Of a stretch of DNA of 64,000 bases, positions 44,303 through 54,009 are shown piece by piece. The position numbers and the translations under genes are program-made. Under the pieces are notes generated by a model. It ran no database searches. It worked only from the letters and a program-made list of their open reading frames with translations, and was not told the DNA's origin. This stretch comes from an uncultured Coriobacteriaceae bacterium (GTDB taxonomy: Bacteria > Actinomycetota > Coriobacteriia > Anaerosomatales > CAZWGV01). Location: NCBI GenBank assembly GCA_964633595.1, contig CAZWGV010000001.1, positions 33,083 through 97,082 of the forward strand, given 5' to 3'. Every line of letters starts with the position of its first letter. The stretch's first letter is position 1.

Positions 44303-46408
44303 CTACTCGTAGACGACAGGACACGGCTCTGGACATACTGTACGGACGCCGTCGTTGTTGTTGAACCAGTCGAGCATCGCCGCCATGTCACCCTGCTGTG
44401 CGGCGCTCCCGCTCTCCCAGCAGGCGACCGCCATCGAGATTACCGCTGACGCGGCGATGCGCCTGCCATCGGGCATTTGAACGGATACGTCACAACTGCC
44501 CAACCGATGCCGGACGTTGAACACGAAGGCGAGCAACTGCTGAGCGAGTTGCTCTCTCGGGTCACCGCCGGCGTTCCTGTCGACCAGGAAGTGCGACACC
44601 TCGGCCTTCCACGATCCGGCGGGTGCGATCCCTTCGGCCCAGGCACCGTTCGCTGCCGCCACTGGCGTGCCGTCGGCGAACAAGCCGTCGAATGGCTCGT
44701 CTCCCGAATCGCAGTAACTCGACGCCGATGAGTACGGCGACAGCGAGTTCGCAAAGTCGCGATCAGCCTGGGTCAGCTCGGAGAGCCCGTTCTTGTTGTG
44801 CCAGTAGCCCTTGGTGTCGAAGTCGCAAGTGCTCTCGCAGGCGTTGCCGAAGATGCGAGTCTCGCAGCCTCCCTCGGGCAGCTTGATCACAGCCGACATA
44901 GCGGTGGTGGCGAACCATCCGCCTGAGGTGGGGAGCACCTCTCTGAGTTCGTAGTCGCCAGGCAGCAGGCCCTGGAACTTCACCCAGCCGGACGAGTCGG
45001 TGTGACCCGTGATGGGCCCAACCGAATCGCCCCTGTACGTCGTCCCGATGAGGATGAAGCGAAAGCCCTCTATCGGCTGCTCGCCGTCGTCCCACTCGCG
45101 GTTCGTGTTGCGGTCGTAGAACTTGCGACCCTTGATGCACGCGTACCGCGCGTTCCCGAACGACCTTCTGGGTGATCCGCCCTCGGCAAGGCTGACCGCC
45201 CACTCAGTATCGGTCGTCGGGAACCACCCGTCCGGGACTGTCTCGGTGACCTTGTAGTCCCCAGGCAGCAGATTGCAGAAGCGCGCCCAGCCGTTGGTGT
45301 CGGACTCCTTGGACTCGTTGACGGTCTCGCCCCGGATGTTGACACCCGTCAGCGTGAACGTGACGCCGGACTTCGGCACCTCGCCGTCGTCCCACTCACC
45401 GTTCACGTTGGCGTCGTGGAACTTGCGGGCACTGACGCAGCCTAGTTCGATGTTGCCGAACCACACCTCGTGCGTCTCGCCTGAGGTTCCCGCCACCGCC
45501 ACGATCGCGCACTGGGAGACGGCTTGCGGGACCCCATCGATGATCAGTGCGGTCTGCCGCCAGCCATCCTTCAGCTCCTCGCAGATCTTCCAGTCGCCGG
45601 TGGGAAGTGCGTTGTCCACGGTGAAAGGCATGGTCTGGGGCCCGCCGCGCCACTCGGCACCGAGCGGGTCTTCCACGCTGGCCGTCCAATCGAAGAGCTC
45701 GGGCTCACCGTCGTCGCGCACGCCGTTGGCGTTGGTGTCGCGGAACTTCCTCACCGTGATCTTCGGCGGGATCGTCCTGCCACGGACCTTGAAGTTGTCA
45801 GTCTTGCTCCACCGCGGCACGAAGCCGTGGAAATGGTCTGGGTTGTCCATGAGCGACGGGTCACCGACGAACTTGTCCACCGGCGTTGCCCACACCTTGT
45901 AGACGCCGCCGCGGTTGGGTGTGTCGTCGTAGGGCATGAGCTGGACCGTGATCGCTCCGAGCCCCGAGTGGTCGCGGTCGATGCCTGTCAGGTGCGTGTG
46001 ACTAGCCACCCGCGTGCTAGGCGCAGCCCTGCCCTTGCCTTTCCCGGCGGGGCTCACGTCGCCCGGTCCCGTGCAGTCACAGATCCAGACCCGTTCGATG
46101 ACCCCATGCCGGTTGACGTAGAAGCGGCGGCACTTCACTGGGTCCGTCGAGAGCAGCACTTTGCCCGACGGGTCAGTGACTTGGAAGTAGTACCAGCCTT
46201 CCGGCAGGCCCGCGGCCTTCGATGGAGCGTTGGGCCCCGGTCCGCCATCAAGATATACGTCCTCCTTCGCCTGGTAGATGTTCGCGTTGACACGGCTGCC
46301 ATCTGCGGTCGTGGTGAAGATGGCTCCCGAGACCGCGGCGTATGCCGGTTGCGCGGCGAACAGCAGGATCAGGACGGTTAGGAGGGCGAAGAGAACACCT
46401 TTCTTCAT
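44303..46408 (-). CDS. secreted protein with SdrD-B/Cna-B-like repeats
   Basis: Signal MKKGVLFALLTVLILLFAAQPAYA/AV. Three or more repeats of RKF(R/H/Y)D.N.N(G/R)..DDGE...G, which are Ca-binding SdrD B-like repeats. The C-terminal module is shared with the gene at 35701. Confidence 0.8.
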   Translation of the reverse strand: MKKGVLFALLTVLILLFAAQPAYAAVSGAIFTTTADGSRVNANIYQAKEDVYLDGGPGPNAPSKAAGLPEGWYYFQVTDPSGKVLLSTDPVKCRRFYVNRHGVIERVWICDCTGPGDVSPAGKGKGRAAPSTRVASHTHLTGIDRDHSGLGAITVQLMPYDDTPNRGGVYKVWATPVDKFVGDPSLMDNPDHFHGFVPRWSKTDNFKVRGRTIPPKITVRKFRDTNANGVRDDGEPELFDWTASVEDPLGAEWRGGPQTMPFTVDNALPTGDWKICEELKDGWRQTALIIDGVPQAVSQCAIVAVAGTSGETHEVWFGNIELGCVSARKFHDANVNGEWDDGEVPKSGVTFTLTGVNIRGETVNESKESDTNGWARFCNLLPGDYKVTETVPDGWFPTTDTEWAVSLAEGGSPRRSFGNARYACIKGRKFYDRNTNREWDDGEQPIEGFRFILIGTTYRGDSVGPITGHTDSSGWVKFQGLLPGDYELREVLPTSGGWFATTAMSAVIKLPEGGCETRIFGNACESTCDFDTKGYWHNKNGLSELTQADRDFANSLSPYSSASSYCDSGDEPFDGLFADGTPVAAANGAWAEGIAPAGSWKAEVSHFLVDRNAGGDPREQLAQQLLAFVFNVRHRLGSCDVSVQMPDGRRIAASAVISMAVACWESGSAAQQGDMAAMLDWFNNNDGVRTVCPEPCPVVYE

Positions 46409-46937
46409 CTCGCGCCCCTAGGTTTGCGGTTGTCAAGGTTCCTGCGGCCCACCGGAGCGGGCGTGTGAGCGCGTGGGTCGTTGGGGCGCACTTCCTGGCG
46501 GGTCAGCGAGCGTGGACGCGCTTCCTGGCGCTCCAACACGCGGATTTGCGACGCAACCGCTCCGCTCGAAGTGCGTACGTCGCCCGCTCGTCGCGTGTTC
46601 TTGTGCCGAGTAGCTGTGCCGTCGCTTGTGAGCCCGCGCGGATGTGCAGGCGTGAGCGAATGCGTCAGGTCGAGATGGAGGCCCCCCTGAGGCGACCGCC
46701 CGCGCCAACTCTCGCGTGTCAGTGGCCGCGCTCTCCCGAAGCGTAGCCGAAGCCACACAGTTGCGGTGCGCCGTTCGTCGGAAAGCCGCGCGTTCTGACG
46801 AACGGCACCTTCCTCCGCGAGCATCCACACACTTGGGAGGTTCACCAAGGGGCTGATGCGCATCGACAGCCGCGAGCGGAGGGAATACATGTCACTGTAG
46901 TGCCATCGAGAACCGGCGATGGGAAGGGACCGCCCAT

Positions 46938-47180
46938 ATGAGCGACGACAGCACCCCAACACGCACTCTCGACTGCCTGGGGCTCTACTGCCCCGAGCCG
47001 CTCTTCCAGGCTCGGGAAGGTATCGACTCCATCGAGGTCGGTGAGGTGCTCGAGGTACTCGCGGATGACCCTGCCGCCGAGGAGGACCTCACGCGCTTCG
47101 CGAAGCGCGCCGGACATGAGGTCGTCGCTCTGGAGAAGGATGGCGGCCAGCTTAGGGTACTGCTCAGGCGCCTGAAGTAG
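46938..47180 (+). CDS. tusA: TusA/SirA-like sulfurtransferase
   Basis: 80 aa. LDCLGLYCPEPLFQAREGI contains the conserved CPxP cysteine motif. Confidence 0.8.
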   Translation: MSDDSTPTRTLDCLGLYCPEPLFQAREGIDSIEVGEVLEVLADDPAAEEDLTRFAKRAGHEVVALEKDGGQLRVLLRRLK

Positions 47181-47255
47181 GTTGAGCTTGCCCGAAGACC
47201 CCGCGCCCCCGCATCGCTCGCCGAGGGCGAGCCAAAGGAAGGAAGGAGCGGCACG

Positions 47256-47618
47256 ATGAGAAACGAGCGGAGCATCTTGTATGTACAGACGAGCGATCAG
47301 CCCGAGAGGCAGTACTCGCCCCTAGTGCTGGCGCAGACGGCCAAGGCGATGGACCTAGAACCCGCCATGTACTACCTCGGGCAGGGTCTACGAGTCCTCA
47401 GGCCAGGTGAGCTCGACAAGATCAAGCTTGGGTCGTTCCCTAGCGCCAAGGAGATGCTCGACCGATGCATGGAGGTGGGCATCACGGTCTACGCGTGTGA
47501 AGCCTCCAAGCAGATGCTCGGCTGGGACGAGGTTGAGCTGGCGGAGGGCGTGAAGGTCGTCGGTGCGGGAACCTTGAACGACCTAGCCCTCGACGCCGGC
47601 GCGACGATGTGGTTCTAG
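47256..47618 (+). CDS. DsrE/DsrF-like family protein
   Basis: 120 aa with a DsrE-like fold pattern; a conserved Cys lies in VYACEASKQM. Confidence 0.6.
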   Translation: MRNERSILYVQTSDQPERQYSPLVLAQTAKAMDLEPAMYYLGQGLRVLRPGELDKIKLGSFPSAKEMLDRCMEVGITVYACEASKQMLGWDEVELAEGVKVVGAGTLNDLALDAGATMWF

Positions 47619-47633
47619 GGAGCCCCGTCGCCC

Positions 47634-48863
47634 ATGTCAGGTGGCGTCAATAGCGATCGCACTGAAGTGGAAAGCCGGTGCGTGCCGCCGGTGCAAAACG
47701 ACCTCATCTACCTCGACTACCAGTCCTCCAAACCGGTGGACCCCCGAGTCGTCGAGGCGATGCTGCCGTACTTCACCCAGCGCTTTGGCAACGCGTCTGC
47801 CCTTCACGGGGTGGGCGACGAGGCCACCGAGGCGCTGCAGAGCGCACGTGAGCGCGTGGCCCGCGCTTTCGGGGCCCTGCCCGACGAGGTGATCTTCACG
47901 GCCGGAGCGACCGAAGCGAACAACCTGGCTCTACTCGGCTACTGCCGACGCAATAGGCGCAAGGGTGATCACGTCGTTATCACCGAGGCCGAGCACATCT
48001 CGATCCAAAACCTCGCAAAGCAGCTAGAGAAGGAGGGCTTTCGGGTAAGTCGCGTCCCCCTCGACGCGTTCGGCCGAGTGTCGCCAGACAAACTCCGGTC
48101 GAGGATCACAGAGGACACGCTGCTCGTTTCGGTGGGGTGGGCGAGCAACGAGATCGGGACCATCCAGCCGATCGAGGCCATCGCCGAGATGCTCGAGAAT
48201 ACCGACGTCGCACTACACAGCGATGTTGTGGCGGCAGAGGGTCTCCTGCCCATCGATCTCTCTCAGGTGTCGGTAGGTCTAGTGAGCCTATCCAGCAATG
48301 ACATCTACGGGCCGCGCGGCGTTGGGACGCTCATCGTGCGCAAGGGTATCTCGGTCGCTCCCGTGATCATCGGCGGAGGGCAGGAACGCGGTCTGCGCTC
48401 GGGAACCGAGGACATCGCCTCGATCCACGGCTTCGGTGTGGCAGCGGAGATCATGGCCGAGGAGATGCCCGCCGAGGTCGAGAGAGTGCGTTCAATGCGC
48501 GACCGGCTGGTTGAGCGTGTGCTCGCGGAGATCCCCGACTCGCACCTCAACGGGCATCCGTCCGAGCGGCTCGCGAACAACGCCCACTTCCGTTTCGACG
48601 GCGTCGAAGGAGAGGCGATGGTACTCTCGCTGCGTGACGCTGGCATCGCGGCTTCGACCGGGTCCGCGTGTTCCAGCAAGACGCTGGAGCCCTCGCGCAC
48701 GCTCATTGCGTGTGGTCTGCTGCACGAGGAGGCGCACGGCTCCCTCGAGTTCACATTCGGCCGCTTCAGCCAGGAGGAAGAAGTGGACGCGGTCATGGAC
48801 AGGTTGCCGAGCGTGATCGCGAGACTGCGGGTCCTGTCGCCGCTGTACCCTTCGGCGGGGTGA
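47634..48863 (+). CDS. cysteine desulfurase (NifS/IscS class)
   Basis: IYLDYQSSKPVDPRV, FTAGATEANN, the PLP-Lys region, and the active-site loop STGSACSS. The start may lie a few codons downstream. Confidence 0.85.
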   Translation: MSGGVNSDRTEVESRCVPPVQNDLIYLDYQSSKPVDPRVVEAMLPYFTQRFGNASALHGVGDEATEALQSARERVARAFGALPDEVIFTAGATEANNLALLGYCRRNRRKGDHVVITEAEHISIQNLAKQLEKEGFRVSRVPLDAFGRVSPDKLRSRITEDTLLVSVGWASNEIGTIQPIEAIAEMLENTDVALHSDVVAAEGLLPIDLSQVSVGLVSLSSNDIYGPRGVGTLIVRKGISVAPVIIGGGQERGLRSGTEDIASIHGFGVAAEIMAEEMPAEVERVRSMRDRLVERVLAEIPDSHLNGHPSERLANNAHFRFDGVEGEAMVLSLRDAGIAASTGSACSSKTLEPSRTLIACGLLHEEAHGSLEFTFGRFSQEEEVDAVMDRLPSVIARLRVLSPLYPSAG

Positions 48864-48899
48864 GCCGTCACACGGAGGAGGCAACACGCGCTGGAGGGA

Positions 48900-49799
48900 A
48901 TGAGGGCGATGAAGTCCACAAGCTACTCGGCCAAGACGCTCGACCACTTTCGCAATCCGCGCAATGTGGGGACGCTAGATGGCGACGACATCGCTGTAGG
49001 CCGAGTCGGCAATCCGGTATGCGGCGACCTGATGGACATCTACATACAGGTGGTGGATGAGCGCATCGCCGATATTCGGTTCCAGACGTTCGGGTGTGGC
49101 TCGGCTGTAGCGACCAGCAGCATGATCACTGAGCTGGTAAAGGGGATGACCCTGGACGACGCCCTTACTGTCACTCGCTCCGACGTCGCTGACGCCCTCG
49201 ATGGCCTACCACCGATCAAGATGCACTGCAGCAACCTCGCCGCCGACGCACTGCACGCCGCCATCGAGAACTGGCGGGCTGGTGTGCGCCCGGAGGAAGT
49301 CACGAGTCAAGTGGCGACCCCGGCATGTGAAGCAGGGGCGGCCATCGCACAGAAGCTCGAGGAGGCGTCGTCGGGCGCCAGTGAGGGCAAGCATGAGAGC
49401 GCCGCAGATGGTGGAGGAAAGGGCGAACTTCTTGGCCCAGGCGGCATCGCCGGTCTTGATGACTTCGCGGGGTCCGGAGCGTTCACGACAGCGGCCGCCA
49501 TCGGCGGCCTTGAGGGGCAGAGAGTTGTCGTGGTGGATGGGGGTGATCCTGCCGCCGAGTTGGCGGTGAAGCTGGCGGGCAGCGCAGGGAGGGTAGTGTT
49601 CATGACGCCCGGCAAGGATCTCGCCGGTCTCGGGCATGACGTGCGCGCGGCGCTCAAGACCTCCGACGTTAAGATCCTCTACGAGGCCCAACCTCTGCAG
49701 GTGCTCGGTGAAGGCGAGGTTGAGCGCATACTCGTCCACGATCTCAACGAGGACGAGGAGTACGAGCTTGCGGCCGACGCGATCGTCGTGCTCGAGTAG
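48900..49799 (+). CDS. IscU/NifU-N Fe-S scaffold fused to a degenerate thioredoxin-reductase-like NAD(P)H-domain
   Basis: N-terminal 135 aa: FRNPRNVG, NPVCGDLMDIY, FQTFGCGSAVATSS, MHCSNLAADAL, so all three scaffold Cys are present. C-terminal roughly 120 aa: GSGAFTTAAAIGGLEGQRVVVVDGGDPAAELAVKLAG..RVVFM...ILYEAQPLQVLGEGEVERILV aligns by eye to the TrxR NADPH domain but lacks CxxC and the GGGxxA motif. Confidence 0.75.
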   Translation: MRAMKSTSYSAKTLDHFRNPRNVGTLDGDDIAVGRVGNPVCGDLMDIYIQVVDERIADIRFQTFGCGSAVATSSMITELVKGMTLDDALTVTRSDVADALDGLPPIKMHCSNLAADALHAAIENWRAGVRPEEVTSQVATPACEAGAAIAQKLEEASSGASEGKHESAADGGGKGELLGPGGIAGLDDFAGSGAFTTAAAIGGLEGQRVVVVDGGDPAAELAVKLAGSAGRVVFMTPGKDLAGLGHDVRAALKTSDVKILYEAQPLQVLGEGEVERILVHDLNEDEEYELAADAIVVLE

Positions 49800-49805
49800 C
49801 GGAAG

Positions 49806-50240
49806 GTGCGAGTGGCGACCGGCTCCTTCGGAGTGAAGCTCCTGCTGCGATGGTTGGTGACCGCCATCGCTCTAGTTGTGGCCCTCATCCTGCTCCCAGG
49901 CATATCCGTTGAGGAGAACGCGTGGCTGGCAGTGGGAGTCATGGCCGCGGTCCTCTCGTTCCTCAACGCCTATCTGCGCCCGATGCTCCACATGGCGGCT
50001 TGCGGCTGTATCGTGATGTCGTTGGGTCTGGTGCTGCCAGTCATCAACGCCCTCACCCTCTTGCTCGCCTCCGAGATCTCCACCGGCTGGCTCGGCGTGG
50101 GTTTCCGGGTGGACGGGTTCTGGCCGGCGCTATGGGGTGGGCTGATCGTGAGTGCGGTTTCGTTCCTCCTGAACCTGTTCGTCTACGATGAGCAAGCAGA
50201 GCGTGCAGTTCGCCTCAGGATAGGTCCGCCCAGCGACTGA
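49806..50240 (+). CDS. phage-holin-superfamily-IV/DUF360-like 4-TM membrane protein
   Basis: LLLRWLVTAIALVVALILLPGI...VLSFLNAYLRPML...LTLLLAS pattern is typical of the family. Confidence 0.5.
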   Translation: MRVATGSFGVKLLLRWLVTAIALVVALILLPGISVEENAWLAVGVMAAVLSFLNAYLRPMLHMAACGCIVMSLGLVLPVINALTLLLASEISTGWLGVGFRVDGFWPALWGGLIVSAVSFLLNLFVYDEQAERAVRLRIGPPSD

Positions 50241-50306
50241 TGCCGACGACGACCGGCGAGCAAGGTGTCCACCGTGGCGCATGAGTGCTAGAGGGGAGGC
50301 CGTCTG

Positions 50307-51122
50307 TTGCCCATAGCCGACGTACACACGCATGTCTTCCCGGACGACATAGCCGCCTCGGCGATATCCGTTTTGGAGGCCGAGGGCCACGGCATCAAGG
50401 CGACGTTCGACGGGACCATCTCCGGCCTGCTCGAGATCATGGATGCCTCGGGTATCGACATCGCAGTCACGCAGCCGGTCGCGACCAAACCTGGGCAGGT
50501 GAAGAGGATCAACGATTGGGCGGCCAAGGTCGGCAGTCCACGCATAGTGCCCTTTGGTGCCATGCATCCCGATCTCGAGCGGCCCGATATGGAGATCGCC
50601 CGCATGGCATCGATGGGGCTGCGCGGATTCAAGCTGCACTCGGAGTACCAGCGGTTCGCGCCGGACGAAGAGAGAATGGCGCCGATCTACGAGTCGGCCA
50701 GAGAGCACGGGATGACCATCCTCTTCCATGCCGGGCTGGACATCGGGATACCGACACTGCATGGCACACCAGAGTCCTTCTCGAGGATGCTGGATGCGTG
50801 GCCCGGCCTCAGCGCGATACTCGCGCACATGGGTGGATTCAGGCTGTGGGAGCGTGTCAGGGAGTGTCTGATCGGGCGAGATGTCTACATGGACACCTCG
50901 TACTCCCTCAAGTTCATGTCGTCGGATGCATTTGTCGACCTGGCGCGTGCGCACGGTGTCGACCGGGTTCTCTTCGGCACGGACGCTCCCTGGGAGGATG
51001 TTTCAGCTGAGGTGGCTCGGATCCGGGAGGCTGGACTGACCTCCTCAGAGCTGGACGCGGTCATGTGGCATAACGCGGCGCGGCTGCTCTCACTAGCTGG
51101 ACCAGACCCGGCCCTTTCCTGA
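50307..51122 (+). CDS. amidohydrolase-2 family TIM-barrel metal hydrolase
   Basis: MPIADVHTHVFPD (the HxH metal motif), then AMHP..., HAG..., ILAHMGG, and GTDAPW. Confidence 0.7.
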   Translation: MPIADVHTHVFPDDIAASAISVLEAEGHGIKATFDGTISGLLEIMDASGIDIAVTQPVATKPGQVKRINDWAAKVGSPRIVPFGAMHPDLERPDMEIARMASMGLRGFKLHSEYQRFAPDEERMAPIYESAREHGMTILFHAGLDIGIPTLHGTPESFSRMLDAWPGLSAILAHMGGFRLWERVRECLIGRDVYMDTSYSLKFMSSDAFVDLARAHGVDRVLFGTDAPWEDVSAEVARIREAGLTSSELDAVMWHNAARLLSLAGPDPALS

Positions 51123-51240
51123 GCGCCAGATAGATCCGCAGCTAGAAGGCGGTGTAGATACGGCCAGCCTGTGCTATGCTTCGCGCAGGCGGGTGGCCGT
51201 GTCACCGGGTCGTGACTCGGCCTAATGCGGCGGGGGACCC

Positions 51241-52917
51241 ATGGCAAAGTGCTGGACCTGCGGAACCGAGGTCGGATCGCCCGCCTATACCTGCGACTCC
51301 TGTGAGAGCAGCAGCGCACTTGCGGCCTTGAGGCGGCGCGCGGCCGAGAACACCGAATCCGACGTTGCGGGAGAACTCGAGCGGCTTCAGGAAGAGGGCG
51401 CCCACGAACTCCGTGACGCGATGCGCAGCCTGAGCCGCGTCTCATCCGTGATGCCAGAGTGGCGCTCCGTGATGACGCGCATGCTGGAGGATCGTGGCGT
51501 GACCGGTCTGGCTACCGCTATCCGGTGGGGTTTCGGGGAACTCACGTGGCGCGCTCACCAGGCGTCCGACGTGCTCACAGACATCGATCACTCGCTTCGC
51601 ACGCCGAGTGCCACCCAGGCCGACGAGTGGCGGCGGATGGCGGAGGAGCTGCGCCGCCGAGGGGTACTAGACGAGTCCGAGGAGTTCTACCTAAAAGCCC
51701 TGGAGCTGAACCGGCTCGACTATCGATTGTACGTGGGTCTCGCCGAGACGTACATCCGAGACTCCCGCTTCGACCAGGCCAAGGAGATGCTCGAGCGCAG
51801 CCTGGCGCACGCGCCGCGAGATGACATCGACTATCGGAGTCACTCGTATCGCCTCCTCGGGCATATCCACGAATGCGAGGGGGAACTGGACCGGGCCTGC
51901 GAAGTCCTGTCCGAGGCCGTCGAGATGTCCCCCGGTTATGTCGAGGCTCGCTACGACTTCGCGCAGTACGCCGCCCAAGCCAGCCTTGCAGACGAGGCTC
52001 TGGCCTCGCTTAGGGAGGTGCTCCTGGCCCGTCCGAGCTACTGGTATCTGGCCAACGTCGAGCCCAACTTCGATCCTCTGCGCGCAGACGTGGACGATCT
52101 GCTGGACGACCTGCGTGTCGAGGCGAGAAGCGCCGCTTCAGAGTCGGTAGCTCGCGCCGAGGAGGCCATCCGCGAGGCGGGGACTGAAGTTGAGGCCGCA
52201 CGGCGTGAGGCCGAGGAGCTGGGTATCGAGCTCGAGTCCGCGGTCAGGTACGAGCAGGCGGTGGCCGAGGCCGAGAGGTCGCTCACCGACATGCAGTCCG
52301 AGGACTACCTCACAGTGCTCGGCGCTGCCGACTCGGCTCGCGAGGCTCTCGAACTCGCCACCGGGGTAGGCACAGCCGCGATGGCCGAGGTCCGCGATCT
52401 TGCCGATGCGCGCACTTGCGAGGCAGTTGCCGAGGAGATCGCTGCGGACAGCGGTCTTGCCGCTTCGTCCTCGACACAGAGGGCCGCAACCGCAGTTGCG
52501 AGCGCGGACGAGGACCAGGGAGCCGTGATGGAGCCCGAGTTCGTCGCGTCAGTCGCGGCCGCGCCGTCGAGCGCGGAGCCCGCTCAGGGACAGGTCATGT
52601 CTCCCCACCCCGTTGCGCACGCGCCAGCCACGCCCAAGCCAGCGGTGGCCTCAGCTCGAGTGACCGACCCAAGGACCGTCAGTGCTCTGGTGAGCGGGTT
52701 GCGTGCGGCTGCGGTTATCACTCCGATCGCGGCCTTCGTGTGCGCAGTCATTGGCTTCATGCACGGGTCGATGGTGATGAGCATCGAAAACCTTGACGCG
52801 CCCTTCGTCTACCTGTGGGAGTACGTCTCCTACGGAACCGGGGTAGCGGCCGTAGTCACCTTCGGCTACGGAGTGCTTCGCGGCAGGGGTCGCTCGGATA
52901 TGAGAGCCGGAGTCTGA
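51241..52917 (+). CDS. zinc-ribbon / TPR / coiled-coil protein with C-terminal TM helices
   Basis: MAKCWTCGTEV...YTCDSCES (a CxxC...CxxC pair), TPR-like repeats (EEFYLKALELNRLDYRLYVGLAETY..), a long acidic coiled-coil, and 2 C-terminal TM segments. Confidence 0.55.
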   Translation: MAKCWTCGTEVGSPAYTCDSCESSSALAALRRRAAENTESDVAGELERLQEEGAHELRDAMRSLSRVSSVMPEWRSVMTRMLEDRGVTGLATAIRWGFGELTWRAHQASDVLTDIDHSLRTPSATQADEWRRMAEELRRRGVLDESEEFYLKALELNRLDYRLYVGLAETYIRDSRFDQAKEMLERSLAHAPRDDIDYRSHSYRLLGHIHECEGELDRACEVLSEAVEMSPGYVEARYDFAQYAAQASLADEALASLREVLLARPSYWYLANVEPNFDPLRADVDDLLDDLRVEARSAASESVARAEEAIREAGTEVEAARREAEELGIELESAVRYEQAVAEAERSLTDMQSEDYLTVLGAADSAREALELATGVGTAAMAEVRDLADARTCEAVAEEIAADSGLAASSSTQRAATAVASADEDQGAVMEPEFVASVAAAPSSAEPAQGQVMSPHPVAHAPATPKPAVASARVTDPRTVSALVSGLRAAAVITPIAAFVCAVIGFMHGSMVMSIENLDAPFVYLWEYVSYGTGVAAVVTFGYGVLRGRGRSDMRAGV

Positions 52918-52928
52918 GCGGACTCGCC

Positions 52929-53666
52929 TCACTGTCTGGAACAGGTCGCCAAGGTATGGGCTGCCGATAGCGGTTCTGGGACCTTGTGGCGACCAGTCGA
53001 CCAGGCAAGGCACAGGTCGACAGCGGTAGCCAGATCTGTGCGGTGCCCGGGCGAGACGTAGACGGGCTTCACTCCCGACCTGAGCCGGAGCGCTGCTCCC
53101 TCGGCCCCCCACTCCTTAGCCAGCACGAGGAAGGACCCTCTCTCGCGCTCGGGCAGGCGCTCGATGGCATGGAAGGGCGTCTTGGGGACACCCACCGTCG
53201 GCACGTCCAGCAGGACTCCAACGTGAGAGGCCAGTCCCAGCCCACGCTCGTGAACCACGCCGTGCCCGTCTACGAAGACCACATCGGGAGCGCGGCACAG
53301 ACCCAGGAGCGCTGCCACTGTCAGCCTTCCCTCTCGGTAGGCAAGGAGTCCGGGAGCGTAGGGACGATCAGGAACCCCGGTCACAACGCATGTGTCCACG
53401 ACTCGGAAGGACGGATCCATCAGCACGGCAGCCGCCCAGGCTCTCGCGCCGTCCTTCGAGTAGGCCACGTCGACACCGGCAGTCTGACGCGGGGCGCCTG
53501 GTCCACGAGCGGGCAGGGGCGCCAGTATCACCTTCTCGGCCAGGAGGGACTGAGTGCGCTTCGCCAGCTCGGTCGCAACCTGCCAGGGGTGCTCGATGTC
53601 CTGGCGTACCGAGAGGGGCGTCTCAGCGCGAGCGCGCGTCGATGTCGGCTGAGGGTACACAGACAT
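52929..53666 (-). CDS. nfi: endonuclease V
   Basis: AGVDVAY...AAAVLMD, PYAPGLLAYRE, DVVFVDGHGVVHERGLGLASHVGVLLDVPTVGV, VYVSPGHR. Start chosen at MSVYPQ (53666); 53696 is also possible. The longer ORF overlaps the GYD gene. Confidence 0.75.
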   Translation of the reverse strand: MSVYPQPTSTRARAETPLSVRQDIEHPWQVATELAKRTQSLLAEKVILAPLPARGPGAPRQTAGVDVAYSKDGARAWAAAVLMDPSFRVVDTCVVTGVPDRPYAPGLLAYREGRLTVAALLGLCRAPDVVFVDGHGVVHERGLGLASHVGVLLDVPTVGVPKTPFHAIERLPERERGSFLVLAKEWGAEGAALRLRSGVKPVYVSPGHRTDLATAVDLCLAWSTGRHKVPEPLSAAHTLATCSRQ

Positions 53667-53714
53667 TGTGTGCCGTCGACGAGGTACGGTGCCCATAGCT
53701 AGGGGGTAGGACCA

Positions 53715-53999
53715 ATGCCAGTCTACGTCATGCTGTCCAAGCTCACCGAGGATGGCGCCAAGACCGTGAAGAGCAATCCGGATCGGATTGCGCAGGTAGA
53801 CCAGGAGATGGAGGGATTCGGCGTGAGAGTCCTCCATCAGTACGCGGTACTGGGCGAGTACGACTTCGTCACCGTGGTCGAGGCACCAGACAACCTGAGC
53901 GTGGCGAAAGCGTCGCTGGAGCTGGGCTCGAGGGGTAGCGTACGGATCCAGACGCTCCCAGCCATACCCACGGATGAGCTGATCTCTGGGATCCGCTGA
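53715..53999 (+). CDS. GYD domain protein
   Basis: MPVYVMLSKLTEDGAKTV...YAVLGEYDFVTVVEAPD is the GYD family signature. Confidence 0.7.
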   Translation: MPVYVMLSKLTEDGAKTVKSNPDRIAQVDQEMEGFGVRVLHQYAVLGEYDFVTVVEAPDNLSVAKASLELGSRGSVRIQTLPAIPTDELISGIR

Positions 54000-54009
54000 G
54001 CGAGACAGG

